NCBI GenBank assembly: GCA_951406725.2
Contig: OX597820.1
Span: 75,764,001 to 75,828,000 of the forward strand
Length of the DNA: 64,000 bases
Source: Octopus vulgaris
Taxonomy: Eukaryota
Direction: 5' to 3'
Below are positions 42,570-56,722 of this stretch, in pieces. The position numbers and the translations under genes are program-made. The notes beneath the pieces were generated by a model. It was not told the origin of the DNA. It saw only the letters and a list, made by a program, of their open reading frames with translations, and searched no databases. Position 1 is the stretch's first letter; each line of letters begins with the position of its first letter.

Positions 42570-42570
42570 T

Positions 42571-42628
<58 letters not shown>

Positions 42629-43005
42629 TATCTAATTTGCATGTAGCCGTCCGAAATTACACGTGTAGGCGGATGAGTATTTTCACATGCATACGATATT
42701 TCGAAATTAAATATATACTCGTAGTTTATAAATTATATACCTATGTGTTTGTGTACATTTCTATATCAATAATTTCCTTCACCCTGTCTCTTACTCTCTC
42801 TCACTCTTACTTTCCTCCACTACCCCTCTCCGTCTCTGCACACCCATACACACACATTCATATATATGTATGCACATACAGAACAATATATAGATACATA
42901 TATATGCAAACATTACATACGCACACACATATACATATATACATATGTCTGTATGTACACACTCTCATATGGATCACACGCATATATACATGCATACATG
43001 CACGC

Positions 43006-43036
<31 letters not shown>

Positions 43037-43058
43037 TGTATGTATGTATGTATGTATG

Positions 43059-43090
<32 letters not shown>

Positions 43091-43936
43091 GATATATATA
43101 TATATATACACATACATACATACACACACAACAATAATATGCACTCATACATAGATCACACACGCAAACATACTCTCACGTGCGCATGCTCACAATCAGA
43201 CAAAAATATGGCTGTTTACTCTAATTGCTCTTCATAACCGTTGTTTAAAATTGTTCCTCTCTTCTCTGCACCGCAGACAAGCATTTCAGCAAAATTGGTG
43301 TAAAAAAAAAAAGAAAGAAAGAAAGAATGCAACAACGATGACAGACAATTTCAATAAATATTCTCAATTAATTCGGGACAAATTTTACTCAATGGAAGCC
43401 AAAAATTAAATAAAAATAAACAGTTTCAATAGAATTTTAAATAGACACTTGAAGGCATTATTTTTATCCGTTCTGTAAATATTTCTGTCAGCCAATCTTC
43501 TTGTGCTAATTATCTAAATATATAATTTTTGAGTAATATCAACTCAAGAAAAACATAAGTTAATTAAATAACAAAGACGAAAGAAAAGACTAGGAAAATA
43601 CAAAAAATTAGATAAATAAATAATGAAAAATACATGAATAAATATACATATACATATACATACATATATATATATTATATATGTGCGTACATGTGCGCAT
43701 GTGTGTACAATCCATAAACAAACATGTTAAAAACAACAATATTAGAAGTAAAAAATTACTATCAGGGAAATTTTCGATAGACGGAAGTTGTAAATTTCTT
43801 TTTTTATATTGTTTTGAAGAATTTCGATGCGTATTTATGTAAATGGATGTCGAAAATTTCGACAAATAATGTTTTCAGTTCAATTCTTACCCAGAACTTG
43901 ACTCTGTTACGTATGTTTCAGTTTATGCGTGTGTGT

Positions 43937-43970
<34 letters not shown>

Positions 43971-44186
43971 CTGTGTGTCTGTGTGTGTGTGTGTGTGTCT
44001 GTGTATGTGTGTGTAATATAGAACAATGCAGATAAGTGCTCAGTGCCACATTGGTGGATAAAAATTCTTTCCTTATGAGTAAGTCTACCATTAGTCTCAT
44101 GGCAAGAAGAATATCTTAACACTTATCAAACCTTCCACGTGGAACATCGGTGTTCATCTCCATCATGGATTACGTATACATATATG

Positions 44187-44253
<67 letters not shown>

Positions 44254-44325
44254 GGGTTGTGAGAGGTATTTAAAATCATATTTAGTAATTTGCTAAATGA
44301 TTTTAAATCAAGCTAATAACAAGAT

Positions 44326-44610
44326 ACAATAATCCCTCGCCATGTCGCGGATCATCTATCGCGGTTCAACTATCGCGGTTTATTATTTAAGCTTGTGTTG
44401 GAAGAATCGTAGCAATCTGAGCAAAATGCTTAGCGACATTTCTCCCGTCATTACATTCTGAATTCCTCCGTGGTGCTGTTTTGCTTCTATAATAAAATGA
44501 ATATATGCAAATTACAAAAATAATAAAGAATATATTTACAGTACAGCACTGTTTCTACTTCGCGGATTTTCATCTATCGCGATATTTTTGGAACATGTCT
44601 CGATAATCTT
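44326..44610. mobile_element. Tigger/pogo-like MITE remnant (related end at about 50625-50715)
   Basis: The terminus taatccctcg..tcgcgg is complementary to cgagggatta at 50703. The two sites share cagtacag.a.tgtttctactt. Confidence 0.5.
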
Positions 44611-44639
44611 TCTTAAAAGATTAGTCTATGAATCCGCGA

Positions 44640-44880
44640 AATGCTCCTTATTCATTTTGGACTTCACCCCGACAGTGGAGGCCTTCAATAGATCTGTAAT
44701 ACTGTGAAAATGTCAGTTAGTCTCCTTTTCAACAACGCTCCACATATAGCTTTCCATAGAATCAGGCGAGTTTGGTGGCCTCAAATTATATATTACGTGA
44801 TCGTAAATATTGCCTGACATGAATTCTTGGTACACGCCTGCTTTCTAAGGTGCTGAGTCACGCATTAAATGTTCTGGTGT
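44640..44880 (-). mobile_element. Tc1/mariner (maT-like) transposase fragment
   Basis: MRDSAP*KAGVYQEFMSGNIYDHVIYNLRPPNSPDSMESYMWSVVEKETN resembles QDSAP..WPPNSPDLNPLDYxVW. Confidence 0.65.
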
Positions 44881-46380
44881 ACCGCACTTCTGATAGTCAA
44901 CTCCAACACTTGAAGTTCTTTGGCTGTAATCCTCGTTGATTCTCATCAATAATGTGTGAAGTCGTTTCTTAAATTGCAATGTTCTTATAGTGCCCGAAAG
45001 TTAAGAATGTTTTTTCTTAATCTCTGCGATTTAATTGAGATTTAGTAGCTATTTCTAGCAGGTTTCATCCGATAATTTTGAGGCTTCTTCTTTTATAGAT
45101 CAAGTTAACATACATAAGCAGTAATAACAGTGATTGCCCGAACGTTACTCTTTTCCTTTCTCCCTCATTAAAAACGAATCATTTTGGTGTCCAGTACAGA
45201 AGAAATGCTGTGATCGGTCTTATGAATTGTAGGGCTCAAGAAATACTAAGCGTTATATGAGTAGAATTTAGACTAGTTGAAATATTGTGACATATTTCAA
45301 CTGCTAAAAGGCAAATACACTGAGTTTACCGTGGAGAATAATTCTCTGTTATGGTAAGATGGTGTGAAAACACCAGTTCGTTCAGTGACGCCTTCTGTTA
45401 GGAATATCAGACATTGATGCTTCGAGCTATATTGGCTTTCATCAATGAGATGTCCCTGAGAGAGGTAACTCCGAACGAACTTAGAAAGCTGTAGCTTTAT
45501 GTATAATCCAGTCAATACACTGACTGATTTGCGCTAGTAGATATCCCGACCGAGGTAAACAAGTGTTATATGCTTTAAGCTTAAAATTGAAATTTGATAA
45601 AATTGAATTAAAAAAAACATTTTTTTTGCACTACCATTCCCATAATTCCAACGATAAAATGGTTCTAGTAATGCACTAGATTAATCCTTTCTTAGACTAC
45701 TATGCGAAATTCACAAGAGTTTATGTGGCAATAAAATTTACATCACCGCATCGCTTCGGTACAAGCTTTTATCTCGTTTTACAGTTTCAACCAAATACCC
45801 ACTCCCGTTGAAACTATCATAGGGTGCATATATCAATACCTATTCGAAATAATGTCGTAATAATCGCAATAATTCACCGTTGTTATTTTCAGAATCTAAT
45901 CAAACGTATACATCCTTTATAGTGTTCTCTATATATTTAAAGCAAACTGTAAATCTAAAGCTTATTTATACTATCAATGTAAACATTTGGCCTGAATCGT
46001 CATCCTCTAGATAATACAATTTGTTGAGCAAAATGTTCTAGACTAAACAATGTTCATTGACAGGATTACAGAAGATTTTTTTTATTATGTATTTTTTTCT
46101 TTTTCTTTTGTTCTTTGTATGAAAAGCTTAACTGTGACCATATGTAGCTATATTCTCTAAGGTATTGGGCTGGCAGAATCGTTAACACGCCGAATGAAAT
46201 ATTTAGTCACATTTCCTCCGCTTTTACTTTCTGAGTTCAAATTTTACCCATTTCATCCTTTCGGGGTCGATGTGAAACAAGTCAAGCATTTGAGTCGACG
46301 ACCTGACAAACGCCTTTCCCTTAATTTTCAGGCATTGTACGCTTATAGAAGGAAGAATTATGATAATTATTATTATTATT

Positions 46381-47027
<647 letters not shown>

Positions 47028-47165
47028 GCCTTTGCACAGCTTCTAACACTGGAAATGTCCTGCGGTGTCATCTGTTCACTACCAGTGAACTAAGGTAACA
47101 TCCCTTATTTTTTGAGCACCTTCCGGAGTATTCGACCAGTTCCAAGCAGGGCTGTTTTCTGCATA
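47028..47165 (-). mobile_element. R4/Dong-like 3' end in (TAA)n
   Basis: MQKTALLGTGRILRKVLKK* plus 3' UTR, followed by an AAT array. Confidence 0.8.
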
Positions 47166-47169
47166 ATGT

Positions 47170-47243
<74 letters not shown>

Positions 47244-47247
<4 letters not shown>

Positions 47248-47403
47248 TAGTTTTATTTTTATAGCGTGCTTTCACTTCACTACCGAGCGCGGCTCTGTGT
47301 GCCTTGGGTATGTGTTGTGATTTGTTGTGATGCTCTGATGGTTATTGTATGGAAAGTGTTCTGCGTAGGATGTGTGCAGTGCCTAGTAGTGCAATTTTCT
47401 CTA
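47244..47403 (-). mobile_element. Second R4/Dong-like 3' end in (TAA)n
   Basis: IEKIALLGTAHILRRTLSIQ* plus UTR, with TAA arrays on both sides. Confidence 0.8.
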
Positions 47404-47475
<72 letters not shown>

Positions 47476-47779
47476 GGTAGTGAGCTGGGGGAATCGTTAG
47501 GACGCCGGGCAAAATGCTTAGTGACATTTCGTTCGTCTTTATTCGCTGAGGTCAAATTTAGCAGACATTGATTTTGCCTTTCATCCTTTCGGAATCGATA
47601 AAACAAGTACCAGTCGAGCACTTGCGACGCAATAATTGATTTCCCACTCCCCTCAAAATTGTTCCTTTTGTTTCAGAAGTAGAAAAGAATATTTTTCCCA
47701 GATGCGATGAGCTGGAAGATTCGGAAGGTCTTACATAGATAGGATATTTATTAGAAAATTTGATAAAGAAATAGTTATG

Positions 47780-50485
47780 TGTCCACAATTCCACTTGGTC
47801 AGTTACAGTAACCACAAGATGGTAACTTGTAAACTGACCCTAGATAAAATAGAGAGTAAGGGTTTCGGCTATTGGAAACTCAATAATTCCCTTTTGGCGA
47901 CTGAGGAGTACAGGAGCGTGATTAAGTTACCTACTATAGAAAGAGGGCGTTGACCGGTTCAATTATCAGCAACAAATGGTGGTACGCCTTCAAAAGAGTC
48001 ATTCAATTGGAGTCTCTAAAGTATAGTATAGGATTAGTGGCTAGAGGAAGCCATGACATCTGCTGACGACCCATCCCAGGTGAAGGTGAAGAGACTGGAA
48101 TTAAACCAGCACCTCGAAGCCAAACACATAGGGTATATCGTCAGAGCTAGACTTCGTGCAATGAGGAGCGATGGAATCAAGGCCATTGGATGGGCACAGG
48201 TTGTAAAAGCTCAATGTGGAAATGATTCCATAATTCGATCTGTGGTGAATGCGCAAGGAGATTTGATAAACGAACCCAAGGAGATGTGTCGCACCTTTCA
48301 GGAGCACTTCGCCCGGCTTTTCGTGGGGAGCGATGTAGAGAGCTGTAAAGGGTCGATCACACCTGAGGAAGTTATTGAAACCATAGCGGACTGCGGTGGT
48401 GGTAAGACGCCGGGTCTCGATAGTCTTCCATGCGAGCTATATAAAAGTATGCCAGGCTTGTTTGGGAACTTACTGGCTAGCGTTTACGCGAACTGGCAGC
48501 AGAATGGGTTTATCTACAGATATGTACGCCGGGGAGTTGTGACGCTGGTTAGGAAGGACCCAGACAAGGGAGATAATATAGATAATTTCAGGCCCATCAC
48601 TCTGCTGAGTGATGAAGATTTTGGCCAAAGTGTTAGCAAAAAGATTGACGCGTGTCGCGGATGGTCTGATCGGAGTGGAACAAACCTGTGTAGTCCCCGG
48701 CAGAACCATCCAGGATAATCATCTCATACGCTACACTGTAGAAGGGTATGATAAAAGAAATCTGGCAAGAGCGGGGCACTGGTCCATTTAGACCAAGCTA
48801 AAACATTCGATAGGGTGAACCATCGGTACCTGGTTTCTGTTCTCAACCGGTTCGGACTGGGTCTTGGTTTTCTCAGATGGTTTATACAGTTGTACGATAA
48901 CATCGACTCGATCGTTCGGGTGAACAGCTTTTCCGCATAGTCGCTCTTCATCAAACGGTCGGTTCGCCAAGGGTGTCCGCTCTCCCCGCTTTTATATGTT
49001 TTGGCTCTCGAGCCATTACTGCGAAAGATGAGCGGCATCCCGACGAATTCAGGATTTTGTGGATAGGTTACAGCATACGCGGACGACATCACTATAATCG
49101 TGACTAAGATGGAAAACCTACAGCAAGTAGATGAAATCATTAGGGTTTACGAGACGGTGGCAGGAGCAAATATTAACTGGGAAAAGTCGGTCGGCTTGCA
49201 ACTCGGCACCTGGAGGGGCAAGTCGATGCCTTCGAATAGCGTCGTAGGATGTTGGACGGAGGGCCCGATTAAGTTGCTAGGAATCTGGGTTGGCCCAGAT
49301 CTCCAGATAGAAAAGAACTGGTCTGAGGTTTCGAACAAGGTGACCTGCATAGTCAGGATCTGGTCTTGGCGGTGGCTATCTTTGAAAGGGAGACCGGAGG
49401 TGGTCAATGTGTTTTTCGCATCGGTCATCGTTTACCACCTTTCCGTTGTGCCTTGTCCAGATTCGTGGTTAAACAAGTTGGAGAGGCAGATCTTGCTTTT
49501 TGTGGAAGAATTTCGCTCCAGTTGTAAGACGTTCTATCTGCTGTCAAAAGCCGTTAAAGGGTGGGTTCGGGATGCCTTGCCGCAAGGTGCTTCTCCAGTT
49601 CCGCAGCTCGGGCGGCTATGCCAGCGGTTTCAGTACCACCGCAGCTTTCTATAGTAGGTTGGTAGAGGCTAGAAATGATGATGCCCTGAGAAGGACCCAA
49701 GGTCACGATGATAACCAGTTAGACAGCCTGTTCCGCAGAACGCTCGGACCGAAGACACTGGATAACTTCAAAAAGTATTTGGCCTGGCAATGTTACCGAG
49801 GAGCCCTACTCGTTCGGGATAAACTCATGAGACACGGCCATCCTGGGTCAACGGCCTGTCCAAGATGCGGGCAGAGCGTGGAAACCGACCTGCACGCTAT
49901 TGTTCAGTGTCCGGGTATTTCAAAAGTGTGGTTTTATACGGAACATCTGTTGTCAGATGGGAGAAGATTACAGCTATCGGCTGAGTCAATTGTAAAAATT
50001 AACCCGCCGGATTTCCTGACGGAAGAAGGTAAGAATTGTTTTCTCGTAGTAGTAGCAATTGCAAGAGAGTTGATATGGAATTCGAGAATGAAAGGTATCG
50101 TGACAAACACCTGCGTCTCCGGCCTCTTTCACTTTTCACTTGAAAAGGAAGGTGGGGCTGGAAAGGAAGTGTCTGTCAGAGACTGAGTTTAAAAGACATT
50201 GGACGCGTGTAGCACGCGTTTGGGGAGTGAAAGGCCCTGCGTGAGCACGCTTGTGAGACTAACAATATGTAGGTGCAAAAAACAAGGATCGTGGGGTCGG
50301 AGCATACCTGTTTGGAACACCTCATCTTGTAAGTTATTGTTTGTAATTTGTTGTTTGTAATCTATTTTTGTAATTCCTTAGATTTCATTATGCACGTAAA
50401 TTTTTATTATATCATTCGTTTGTATGTGACCCCGATCATGTTGTGTTGTCCCCTCTATGTTGGCCTGCATGGGTAGTAAAAAAAC
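47780..50485 (+). mobile_element. L1/Tx1-clade LINE, 5'-truncated, ORF2 disrupted
   Basis: GYWKLNNSLL, KTPGLDSLPCELY, NFRPITLL, LDQAKTFDRVNH, VRQGCPLSPLLY, AYADDITI, GANINWEKS, CPRCGQSVETDLHAIVQC, followed by an A-rich end. Confidence 0.92.
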
Positions 50486-50787
50486 AGATCCCAATATTTA
50501 ATCAGTTCGTGCCAGTCGCAGGGCCAAACTGAAATGTTTTGTCCGGATACATCCAGCGGTTAAAACAACAAACTCGAACAAACACGACTGAAAACATTAC
50601 CTCCACCTTAGAGAAGGCGGATGTAATAAATATACAGTACAGTATTGTTTCTACTTTCACCTATCGCGGGGGCGGGGATTGGAACGTAACACTCGCAATA
50701 ATCGAGGGATTACTTCATGTATGAACGTTTTGCATTGCTTATATTTTACCGTTTGTTTGTGTGTTTGCGAGTGTTTACTCTTCTATG

Positions 50788-51080
50788 AAGGCGCGTGGCT
50801 TAGTGGTGTGGGTATTCGGCTCATGAACGTTAGGTTATGAGTTCGATTCCCGGCAGCGAGCTGTGTTCTTAAGCTAGAAACTTTATCTCACTTATTTACG
50901 CTCAGCTGACAAAAATAAATTGTACCTGTATTTCAAAGGACCGTCCCTGTCACACTCTGTGTTACGTTAAATTCCCCTTAGAACTATATTAAAGGTACAC
51001 GTGCCTGTGGAGATCTCAATTACATTCACGTTAATTTCACAAGCAGGCCGTTCCGTTGTCGTCGTAACCGACGGAGTGCC
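50788..51080 (+). mobile_element. SINE family C
   Basis: tggcttagtgg and gagttcgattcc boxes, with tail gtaaccgacggagtgcca. Confidence 0.8.
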
Positions 51081-51396
51081 ATTTGTTATTCCGCATGTGT
51101 TTACGCTTTGTGTGTGATTATGTGTGTACATAAATGTAGAGAATATATTTGTACTTTAGTTTACGTTTGTCAGAGTGAGCAATGGGCGTTATTATATTTT
51201 AGCACTTTTCATTCTTTATTTCCCAAACTAAACAACACTTCTAGTCAAAATTCTTAACAAAGACGGTGCGGATGTTTTCTATGTCTAGCAGAGATACATT
51301 TTATGTCCAATACCATTGCTGCTAAGAGAAGCAATTATTGTTTCAATTTCTTTCTCTTTTTTTCTTTTCCACCTACTTATTTTTTTATTTTTTCAG

Positions 51397-51450
51397 AAAA
51401 TGGCTGAGAAGAAAAAGAAGTGGTTAAACTCGGCTGACCGAGATGAGAAC
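51397..51450 (+). other. Candidate 54-nt exon (KMAEKKKKWLNSADRDEN)
   Basis: A long polypyrimidine tract ends in ttttcag, and aaaATGG gives a good start context at 51400. The donor gtatct is weak. Confidence 0.35.
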
Positions 51451-51887
51451 GTATCTCTATTTATGTTAGCATAACATCAATTGTAATAATAACCTTGATA
51501 AACAAGATCTTCAACTTTACAAAGTCCACAACACTCGAAACAGTAAATTGAAGAAAAACTTGAAACTTCAGTTGAAAATGAATAAATACGTATATGCATG
51601 TATGCAGGTCTATATATATGTGTGTGTGTGTGTGCGCACCTGTATATATATATATATAAATATGCGTACATATGTGTTCGTGTGTATATGTATGTAGGTG
51701 TGTATGTGCATGTGTGTATGTTTGTATATATGTGTGTATGTATGCATGCGTGCGTGTCTATATATGTATGTATCTGCTTGTATATAATAAAATCATGGAG
51801 TCGAACGTAAACTGAATTACTTTGTTAACATCGAATTTTTTGTCAAGAGCTTTTATATCTTTATAAGTTATTCACATTAATGTCCAG

Positions 51888-51961
<74 letters not shown>

Positions 51962-52259
51962 CAACAACAACAGGAAAAGATGTTTTTGTGTTACTTTTGT
52001 TCGTCGTTTTATATTTAACCAAAGAAATTAACTTTATAGAAAAAAGAAAAAAGGTATTTTTATTTTATTTTATTTTTATATATATTTCATCTTCAATGTT
52101 ACTGCAAACATAAAAAAAATATGAGAAAGAGAAAAACGATAAAAATGAAACAAGTAAAATTAATACAGTAATAAAAACAATATCAAACAAAAAAAAAACA
52201 ATTTATTTTATATATCAATTGAAAAGAGAAATTGGAAAGAAATACCACTTTTCATATTT

Positions 52260-52620
52260 GGTTTGTTTTAAAATGGCGGTCGTATTTGAGCAGTTGATTG
52301 TAAATCTTTTTTGATGGTTACAGCAAAATTCAGGATAATTACGTACACACTTAACCTTCGTCGGAGTCAAGTGCTTAAAACGTTTTGTCGTTTAATATCC
52401 TAAACACTATCAAGCTGCGTATAAACAGAGAGTTTTATAGTAGATGGAAATAGCAAAATAAAGACGAAACACAAAGACGTGTGCCCGTTAAGTATTTTGA
52501 AAAGAAGTCTCGTTGGCGCCATGCTGCCTTTCTTGTTTACTAACCGACTAAAACGATAAAGAATATTGATACAACGGATATTTACTGTGTTGATGATTAT
52601 GTTCATACAACATTACGAGT
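52260..52620. promoter_or_regulatory. Possible promoter/first-exon island
   Basis: Unique sequence with relatively many CpGs and YY1-like motifs aaaatggcgg (~52271) and ggcgccatg (~52515). Confidence 0.25.
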
Positions 52621-52784
52621 ATGTGTGTGAGCGCGTATTCGTGTGTATAGTTGTATAGAGATGGTTTTATAAATGTATGTGTAAGCGTGTGCATATATGT
52701 GCGTGTGTGCATATGTGTGTGGCTGTATTTAAGCGCACCTATTTAAATCTAAAACCCCATTCACCAGTGGGGTATAATTATGCG

Positions 52785-52872
<88 letters not shown>

Positions 52873-52907
52873 AATCTATCTATCTAACTAACTAACTAAC
52901 TAACTAA

Positions 52908-52981
<74 letters not shown>

Positions 52982-53044
52982 ATCAATATATCTATCTATC
53001 TGTCTGTATGCCCATCTATCTAAGCATCTATATATTCATCTATG

Positions 53045-53099
<55 letters not shown>

Positions 53100-53124
53100 G
53101 TTTGTCTGTCTGTCTGTCGGTCTG

Positions 53125-54030
53125 ATCGACCTTGAGCGACTGCAACACAATCAAAGCATTCTATAGGGGATCAGTGGAGGGGAGGTACGACGATGATCTC
53201 AGGGCGAAACTGGGCGTCGACCAGGAATACCTGACCCGTCTGTTCAAGACGACTTTCGGGCCGGGACCTATGGACATCTTCCAGAGATCCCTGGCCTGGC
53301 AGTGCTACCGAGAAGCGCTACCCGTTCGGGAAAAGCTATACAAACACGGCTCGAGAAACACGGGGCTGACCTGCCCGAGATGCGGTCAGAACGACGAAAC
53401 TGTTCTGCATACACTCGTGCAGTGTCCAACAATTTCCGACCTGTGGACGAGTCGGTTTTTCAGTTGAGTCTGTCGTCAATATCCTCACGCCTCCTTCCTT
53501 CAAAAGGGAAAGAAGAGCTATTTTCATCATACTTGTGGCTATGGCGAAATAATGTATCTGGTGGATGCGTCTGAAAGGATTGGAGACAAACACTTTCCTC
53601 TCTGGTCAATCTCTCATCAACTTCTTCAAGTATCACTTGAAGAGGAAAGTGAGAGTAGAGAGGCAAATTTTGTCTAGCGAATGTTTCAAAAAAAGATGTG
53701 TGAATGTAGCATAAACCCATGAACCAGAAAAAGAAAGGAAAAAAGAAAGCCACTTATTGTAATGTGTTTTTTGCATGATATTATTGCCCGAGGTTACCGT
53801 GGTCCTTTCCGTAGACTTTTCTTTCCACGGATAACCTAATCTGTTTTCCCTTTTACATTATGACATTACTGTGATACACGATTCCTATTGATGGGCTTCC
53901 TCCTTTTTTTTTTCTTTCCACGATCCCTTTTGATCGAAATTCTACCCCACTTTTTGCCTTCCTAAACAGAATATCTCTACTTTGTATTTTGTTCCCTCTG
54001 TGTTCAGTCCTGTGTGGCCAATAAAGAAAC
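53125..54030 (+). mobile_element. Second Tx1-clade LINE family, 3' fragment inserted in (TATC)n
   Basis: LAWQCYREALPVREKLYKHG..CPRCGQNDETVLHTLVQC. It ends in aataaagaaac followed by atatctgtctatc. Confidence 0.88.
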
Positions 54031-55059
54031 ATATCTGTCTATCGATCTATCAATAATTGTATATGTGTATGTGTGTACGTATGTGTGTGCGTATACATAT
54101 ATATGCCTGCGCGCGCGCATAGACGCAGTTATTGTTGTGAAGAGGTTCACATATGGTTATATGCTAAAGAAGATCGCTTTGCAACTGCGTGATTTCGGGT
54201 TCAGCCTAATACAACGGCACCTTCGGCAAGTTTCTCTACTGTAGCTCTAATCCTAGCAATGTTGTTTTGTGAAGGATTTTGAGAGACGGAAGCTGTGCTG
54301 GTATTTCAAATTAATTTTGAATCATTAATAACAATTTTCAGAAAGGTATTTTGAATAACGTTAAATAGTTCCCATGTCTATTCATGTGTATCTTTGTGTC
54401 TGTGTATTGCCCCTCACAATCACCTGACAATCGGTGTTGGTACGTTTACCTCCCTGTAGCTTTGTGCTTCAGCAAAAGACACCGATAGAATAAGTACCAA
54501 GCTTTAAAAACAAATAAATAGTGGAGTCGGTTCGTTCGGCTAAAATTCTATAAGATGGTGCCTCGGCATGGCCGTAGTCTAATAACTGCAGAAAGTAAAC
54601 GATAAAAGATAAATGAATGCTTTTGTGCCTCAGTATATGTTTTGGTATGCATATGAATTTCTCTATAAATATTATAAACAGTTAATTTTGTGGGATACTC
54701 ATCGATAGGTCGATCAGATAACACATAATTTATCGAAGATACGTCAGCAAACTGGAGCATAACAACGTCATGGGAACATTACTTTGCTACTGTTACGTTC
54801 ACTGGAAGTTAATTTATCGCCATTTGGACTGAACGAGCGATATGAGAAATATATAAGATTGTTCCTGGAAAGGTGAAGATAATCAACATAATCCTCTATG
54901 TATGTATTATGTATGGGTGTGTGTATGTACATTATCATTAAGATTTACTTCAAGATTTCTTACTAATGAAGAAAGTGCAGGTTACTTACAAAGATTCAAG
55001 GCCCCTTGAATTTCAAGAAAAATCTACAGGGAAGTGGCACATGTATTTGCATGTATGTG

Positions 55060-55605
55060 CAAGTAACTGGAGCTGGTGCAGGGACATAGAGATGAAAAAC
55101 GGCGCAGTCGTGGAAATCAGCTGCTCAGTGGATGTTAAAATAAAGCAGAAAATCGGTGAAAAATAGAACACCTACGCTGAAGTATTGAAAAATCTGAAGT
55201 TAATCTATTCAGATTACAAGTTCAGGTTTTATACCTGTATTCTTGGGGCGCTGGGATATGTAACACACTGCCTCAATACCTATTTTGAGAAATTAGGCTT
55301 CCCATAACCAGTAAAGAGAAAGCTGTTTCGAAGCCTACAGATCCAGTCCATCACCGGAACTGTGAAAATCTGTAAAACTTTCTAGAAGTTTATCCTTTTG
55401 TATATATGAGCCTGTTTAGATATGCAAGTATATGCATGAGAAGGCATACGTAAAACGAAATATACAAATATCCACATATACATACATACATACAAAAACA
55501 CCCTGTTATTGATGTTGAAATTCCAATGAAAGAGCCTTGGATCTAGGTTAGAAACCGGCTCTTTGTCTATTGGCAAGAAATTTTGAAATAAAACTGAACA
55601 ATGAA
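55060..55605 (+). mobile_element. R4/Dong-like REL 3' fragment, family B
   Basis: VVEISCSVDVKIKQKIGEK..DYKFR..ILGALGYV..LQIQSITGTVKICKTF plus 3' UTR. Confidence 0.8.
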
Positions 55606-56419
55606 ATTCACACACACATACGCGCGCGCGCAAACACAAACGCACGCCCGAACGCACGCACGAATGCATGTGTGTATGCAGTCTCTTCAAGTTTTTTAAT
55701 TATTATAAATCTTCCACTGAGGAGGGAACCGATTTCCAACTAAGATGCAAGGCTCCATCTTTGGGATTCGAGTTGCTCGATTAAAGGCGGTGCTCCAGCA
55801 TGGCCGCAGTCAAATGACTGAAGCAAGTAAAAGAGTAAAAGAGAGAGAGAGAGAAATTCACATTTGGAACTTGAGAAAAGTCTTGCATATTTTCACAGTT
55901 CCACTCACAGACTGCACTTGTAATGTACGAATTAGACGGTCGATTTCTCTTTCTGAAAATCCCATTTTATCCAGATTCTCCTTTAAGCATTTATTAACAA
56001 AACCTATTGGATAAATATGAATTTATAGTCTGGATATAGAAGTTGGAGGTTCTGAAGCAGTTGGTCATAGATATCCTCTTTTTCTTTGATTTTCACAGAG
56101 ATATTTATATCTGCAGGGCAGCTGACCTGATGGTAAACAACTCTCTGTATGTATGAATGCATGCATGCATGTATACTCTTTCACAAATCGACCCCAGGAC
56201 TTATTCTTTGTAAGTCTAGTACTTATTCTATCGGTCTCTTTTGCCGAACACAGACAAACATATACACACATATACATATATATTTCCGTCTATCAAATCC
56301 ACGCGCAAGGCTTTGGTCGGACCGAGGCTATAATAGAAGACACTTGGGAATTGGGACTGAACCCGGAACCATGTGGTTGGTAAGCAGGCTACTTACAAAA
56401 CAGACACTCCTGCGTCTAT

Positions 56420-56660
56420 GTATATTTTATGTTTTTAATCACCTAAATTCTTCATTTGGAGAAGAAGCTGGTTTCTAACAAAGATACAAAGTTCTATCGT
56501 TGGAATAAAGGTATCGAAAACAATGTCACATTATAAATCTGACAAATGACTTGCATTGTTTTACTGTTCCGCTTAAAGATTGTATTTGAAATGTGTAAAT
56601 CAGTTGGGCGATTTCTGTTACTGAAAACCCAAGCTTATCCAGATTGACAATTCTGTTTGC
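56420..56660 (-). mobile_element. R4/Dong-like REL 3' fragment, family B, next to (CATA)n
   Basis: VNLDKLGFS..FQIQSLSGTVKQCKSFVRFIM* plus the shared UTR. Confidence 0.75.
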
Positions 56661-56691
56661 ATGTATGTATGTATGTATGTATGTATGTATG

Positions 56692-56722
<31 letters not shown>

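Noticed and set aside
43275-43297. Possible microexon after ctcttctctgcaccgcag
   Set aside because: The donor is weak (gtgtaa) and it is too short to support from sequence alone.
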